This document shows, in pieces, positions 61,657 to 64,000 of a DNA stretch of 64,000 nucleotides. How positions within the stretch are numbered: position 1 is the first letter of the stretch; each line of letters begins with the position of its first letter. A program made the position numbers and the translations under genes. Source of the DNA: an uncultured Deinococcaceae bacterium (GTDB taxonomy: Bacteria; Deinococcota; Deinococci; Deinococcales; Deinococcaceae); assembly GCA_964252075.1 (NCBI GenBank), contig CAXULY010000008.1, positions 1 through 64,000 on the forward strand, written 5' to 3'. Under the pieces are notes generated by a model, which ran no database searches, was not told the origin of the DNA, and worked only from the letters and a program-made list of their open reading frames with translations.

Positions 61657-63246
61657 GTGCTGCTCGCCTTCCTGGGCTTCGTGGTGCTGCTGTCCGGCTT
61701 CGTCGCGTACGCGGCGGACACCATCGCGCGCCGCGTGGGCCGACGGCACCTGCGGCTCTTCGGGCTGCGCCCCAAGACCACCGCGCTGATCGTGGCCGTC
61801 GCGAGCGGCATGGGCATCTCGCTCGCGAGCGTGCTGGCCTTCGCGGTCCTGAACCGCCAGGCGATCTTCAACATCGCCCAGGCCGACCAGGTGCGCCAGG
61901 AACTGCGCGACCTGCGCACCAGCGTCCAGGCGACCGAGGCGGAACTCGGGCAGGTGAGCCGCCAGCGGGACGCCGCGGTTGCGCAGGCCAGGACCCTGCA
62001 GGCGCAGCGGCAGCAGGCCATCCGGGACCGCGACGAGGCGAACGCCGAGGTGCAGATCAGCGCGGCGTTGCTGCAGCAGTCGCGCGACAGCCGCTCGGAG
62101 CTGTACTCGCAGGCGCAGGCCCTCAGTGACCGCGTGCAGGAACTCGCGGACCGCCGCGACCAGCTCACCGCGCTCGCCGAGGCGAGCCAGCGGAACCTGA
62201 GTCGCACGCAGGCGCAGACGCGCTCGCTGTCCGCGCAGGTGCAGGCGGCGCGCCAGCAGGTGCAGACCTACCAGGCGCAGGTGGCGCGCTCGCAGGCGCA
62301 GGTGCGGGCGCTCACCGCGTCGCGCGCCGCCCTGGAGTCCCGCGTGCGGGAAGCGGAGGCGCAGGCGGAACAGGCGACCGCGCGCGCCAGCGCCGCCGCC
62401 CAGCGCGCCCGCAGCGCGCAGGCGCAGATCGCGCGCGTGCAGGGGCGCCTCACGGCCCTCGCGGGCAGCGTGGACACCCTGCAGGCCACGCGCGCGCAAC
62501 TGCAGGCGGAACGCGACCGCCTGAACCGCGACCTGCTGAGCCTCAAGGCGGTCCGGGACAGCCTGCAGCGCGACAACACCACCCTGCAGCAGGGCCTGGA
62601 GACCGCCGTGGCGGAACGCGACCGCCTGCAGGCGGACGTGCGGACCGTCACGAGTGAACTGAGCGCCACGCGCTCCGGGGGCCTCATCTACCGCCGCGGC
62701 GACCCCGTCTCCACCAGCGTGGTCGCGACCGTCGCGAACCTCCCGGAGGCGCTGCATCAAGCGGACCTGAGCGCGCGCGCGCGCGGCGCGGTCGGCGCGC
62801 CCGCCGCCGTGCTGCCGCCCGACCTGCTGCAGCAGCTGCAGGCGAAGCTGCGCGGCCTGAACACCACCGCCCTCGTGAGTTGCCGCGCCGCCAGCAACAC
62901 CGCGCCCGGCTACCCCGTGGAGCTGAGCTGCGACGCCGTCGCGAACACCCTGCTCTACCGCCAGGGGGACGTGATCCGCAGCGCGCAGGTGGACCTCAGC
63001 GCCAGCCCCGATCAGCTGCGCGTGCAGGTGCTGGACCTGGAGAGCGCCGTGCTGCGCGACCTCAGCACCCGCGGCGTGCCGCCGGAGCGTGTGAATGACG
63101 GGGGGCTGTCCGCATCGGAACTGCTGGACCTGCTCTCGCAGCTGCGGGGTCGCCAGCCGGGCGCCCGGAGCGCCACCGTCAGCATCGCGGCGGGCGCGGA
63201 CGTGCGCCCCGGCAGCCGTGTGGACCTGTACGCGACCGTGCGGTGA
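61657..63246 (+). CDS. DUF3084 membrane-anchored coiled-coil protein
   Basis: AYAADTIARRVGRRHLRLFGLRPKTTA N-terminus, long coiled coil. Confidence 0.85.
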   Translation: MLLAFLGFVVLLSGFVAYAADTIARRVGRRHLRLFGLRPKTTALIVAVASGMGISLASVLAFAVLNRQAIFNIAQADQVRQELRDLRTSVQATEAELGQVSRQRDAAVAQARTLQAQRQQAIRDRDEANAEVQISAALLQQSRDSRSELYSQAQALSDRVQELADRRDQLTALAEASQRNLSRTQAQTRSLSAQVQAARQQVQTYQAQVARSQAQVRALTASRAALESRVREAEAQAEQATARASAAAQRARSAQAQIARVQGRLTALAGSVDTLQATRAQLQAERDRLNRDLLSLKAVRDSLQRDNTTLQQGLETAVAERDRLQADVRTVTSELSATRSGGLIYRRGDPVSTSVVATVANLPEALHQADLSARARGAVGAPAAVLPPDLLQQLQAKLRGLNTTALVSCRAASNTAPGYPVELSCDAVANTLLYRQGDVIRSAQVDLSASPDQLRVQVLDLESAVLRDLSTRGVPPERVNDGGLSASELLDLLSQLRGRQPGARSATVSIAAGADVRPGSRVDLYATVR

Positions 63247-63261
63247 AGGCCGCGCTGGCCG

Positions 63262-63783
63262 TCAGTCGGTGGTGCTGGGCGCCGCGAGTGGGTAGCGCCG
63301 GACCTCGCTGAGGGTGCCGGGGCGCTCCAGCGTGAGGGCCAGCTCCGTGACCGGCCAGTGCATGAGGGGCGGCGTGAGCTGCACCACCTCGCGCCACGTG
63401 TCGTCCTCCGCCCAGCTGAGGAGCCCCAGCGCGAGCGTCAGGTGCGGGATGTAGTCGTCGCCGTCGCGCGGCCCGACCTGCACGCCCGGCAACTTCAGGG
63501 TGCGTTCGTGTGCGTCGCGCAGGCCGTCCCCGAGTTCCGCTTCCAGGAAGATGGTGTGCGGGAAGCGCCGCCAGCCGCGCAGCTGCGCCTCGAACCCCGG
63601 GAGGCCCCGCAGCGCCTCCTCAATGTTCGCCTGCAGCTCACCTTCGGAGCCGCTCCACTCGAAGGGCGTGCGGATGTTCAGGTGCGGCGGTCCGTAGGCG
63701 GCCAGCCCCAGCAGCGCCTGCTTGCGCTGCAGCCAGTCACCGAGCGCGTCGGGTGGCCACGCCACCAGGCTGTACAGGGGCAT
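63262..63783 (-). CDS. 2H phosphoesterase (2'-5' RNA ligase family)
   Basis: PHLNI and PHLTL motifs. Confidence 0.85.
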   Translation of the reverse strand: MPLYSLVAWPPDALGDWLQRKQALLGLAAYGPPHLNIRTPFEWSGSEGELQANIEEALRGLPGFEAQLRGWRRFPHTIFLEAELGDGLRDAHERTLKLPGVQVGPRDGDDYIPHLTLALGLLSWAEDDTWREVVQLTPPLMHWPVTELALTLERPGTLSEVRRYPLAAPSTTD

Positions 63784-63795
63784 GACCGGCGGACC

Positions 63796-64000
63796 TCAAC
63801 CCACCCGGTAGCGGCACACCGGCGCGCCGCTCGCGATGCGGGACTCCCGCACGACCGGCACGCCCAGCAGCTCGCTGTACAGGTCCACCTCGGCGGCGCA
63901 CACCTCGTCGAATTCCCGCGCGACCGCCGGGTTCGGGCAGTTGCGCTCCACCAGGAACAGCTGCGCGCCCACCTGCTCCACCTGCGCGGAGTACCCCGCG
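63796..64000 (-). CDS. SufR/ArsR-like transcriptional regulator C-terminus (partial)
   Basis: ERNCP..VA..VCAAE..LLG..RIASG..C motif. Confidence 0.7.
   Translation of the reverse strand, partial: AGYSAQVEQVGAQLFLVERNCPNPAVAREFDEVCAAEVDLYSELLGVPVVRESRIASGAPVCRYRVG

Noticed and set aside
61900..62660. Repetitive GCGCAG/CAGGCG sequence
   Set aside because: Explained by the Ala/Gln-rich coiled coil of DUF3084

Overview
This is a high-GC bacterial chromosome segment. Gene content points to Deinococcus: DUF3084-lptB, bshB1-plsY, a Dr0824-like deaminase, and many leaderless genes with TANNNT just before the start codon. The left part (1-28 kb) holds accessory stress, signalling and metabolic genes: a BTAD regulator, PRTase/erythromycin-esterase pair, aquaporin, SDRs, ABC exporter, GGDEF/HD-GYP protein, multi-GAF histidine kinase, TerD-AIM24 plus AIM24, and MFS. 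At 28.0-29.9 kb a small AT-richer islet sits at tRNA-Lys(TTT). It is bounded by a ~97-bp direct repeat made of the tRNA 5' part plus its promoter, and carries a UDG-superfamily glycosylase divergent from a small protein with a possible ATL/MGMT-like base-flipping pattern. This islet is the best candidate for an undescribed system. The right part is mostly core genes: guaB, tRNA-Ala, recF-DUF721, mreB, a coupled fabZ-lptF/G-glycosyltransferase-deacetylase-methyltransferase operon, bshB1, plsY, rimO, ggt, nudC, hisD, deoB and lptB. Two genes look broken. All product calls come from motif recognition by eye; no database searches were run.
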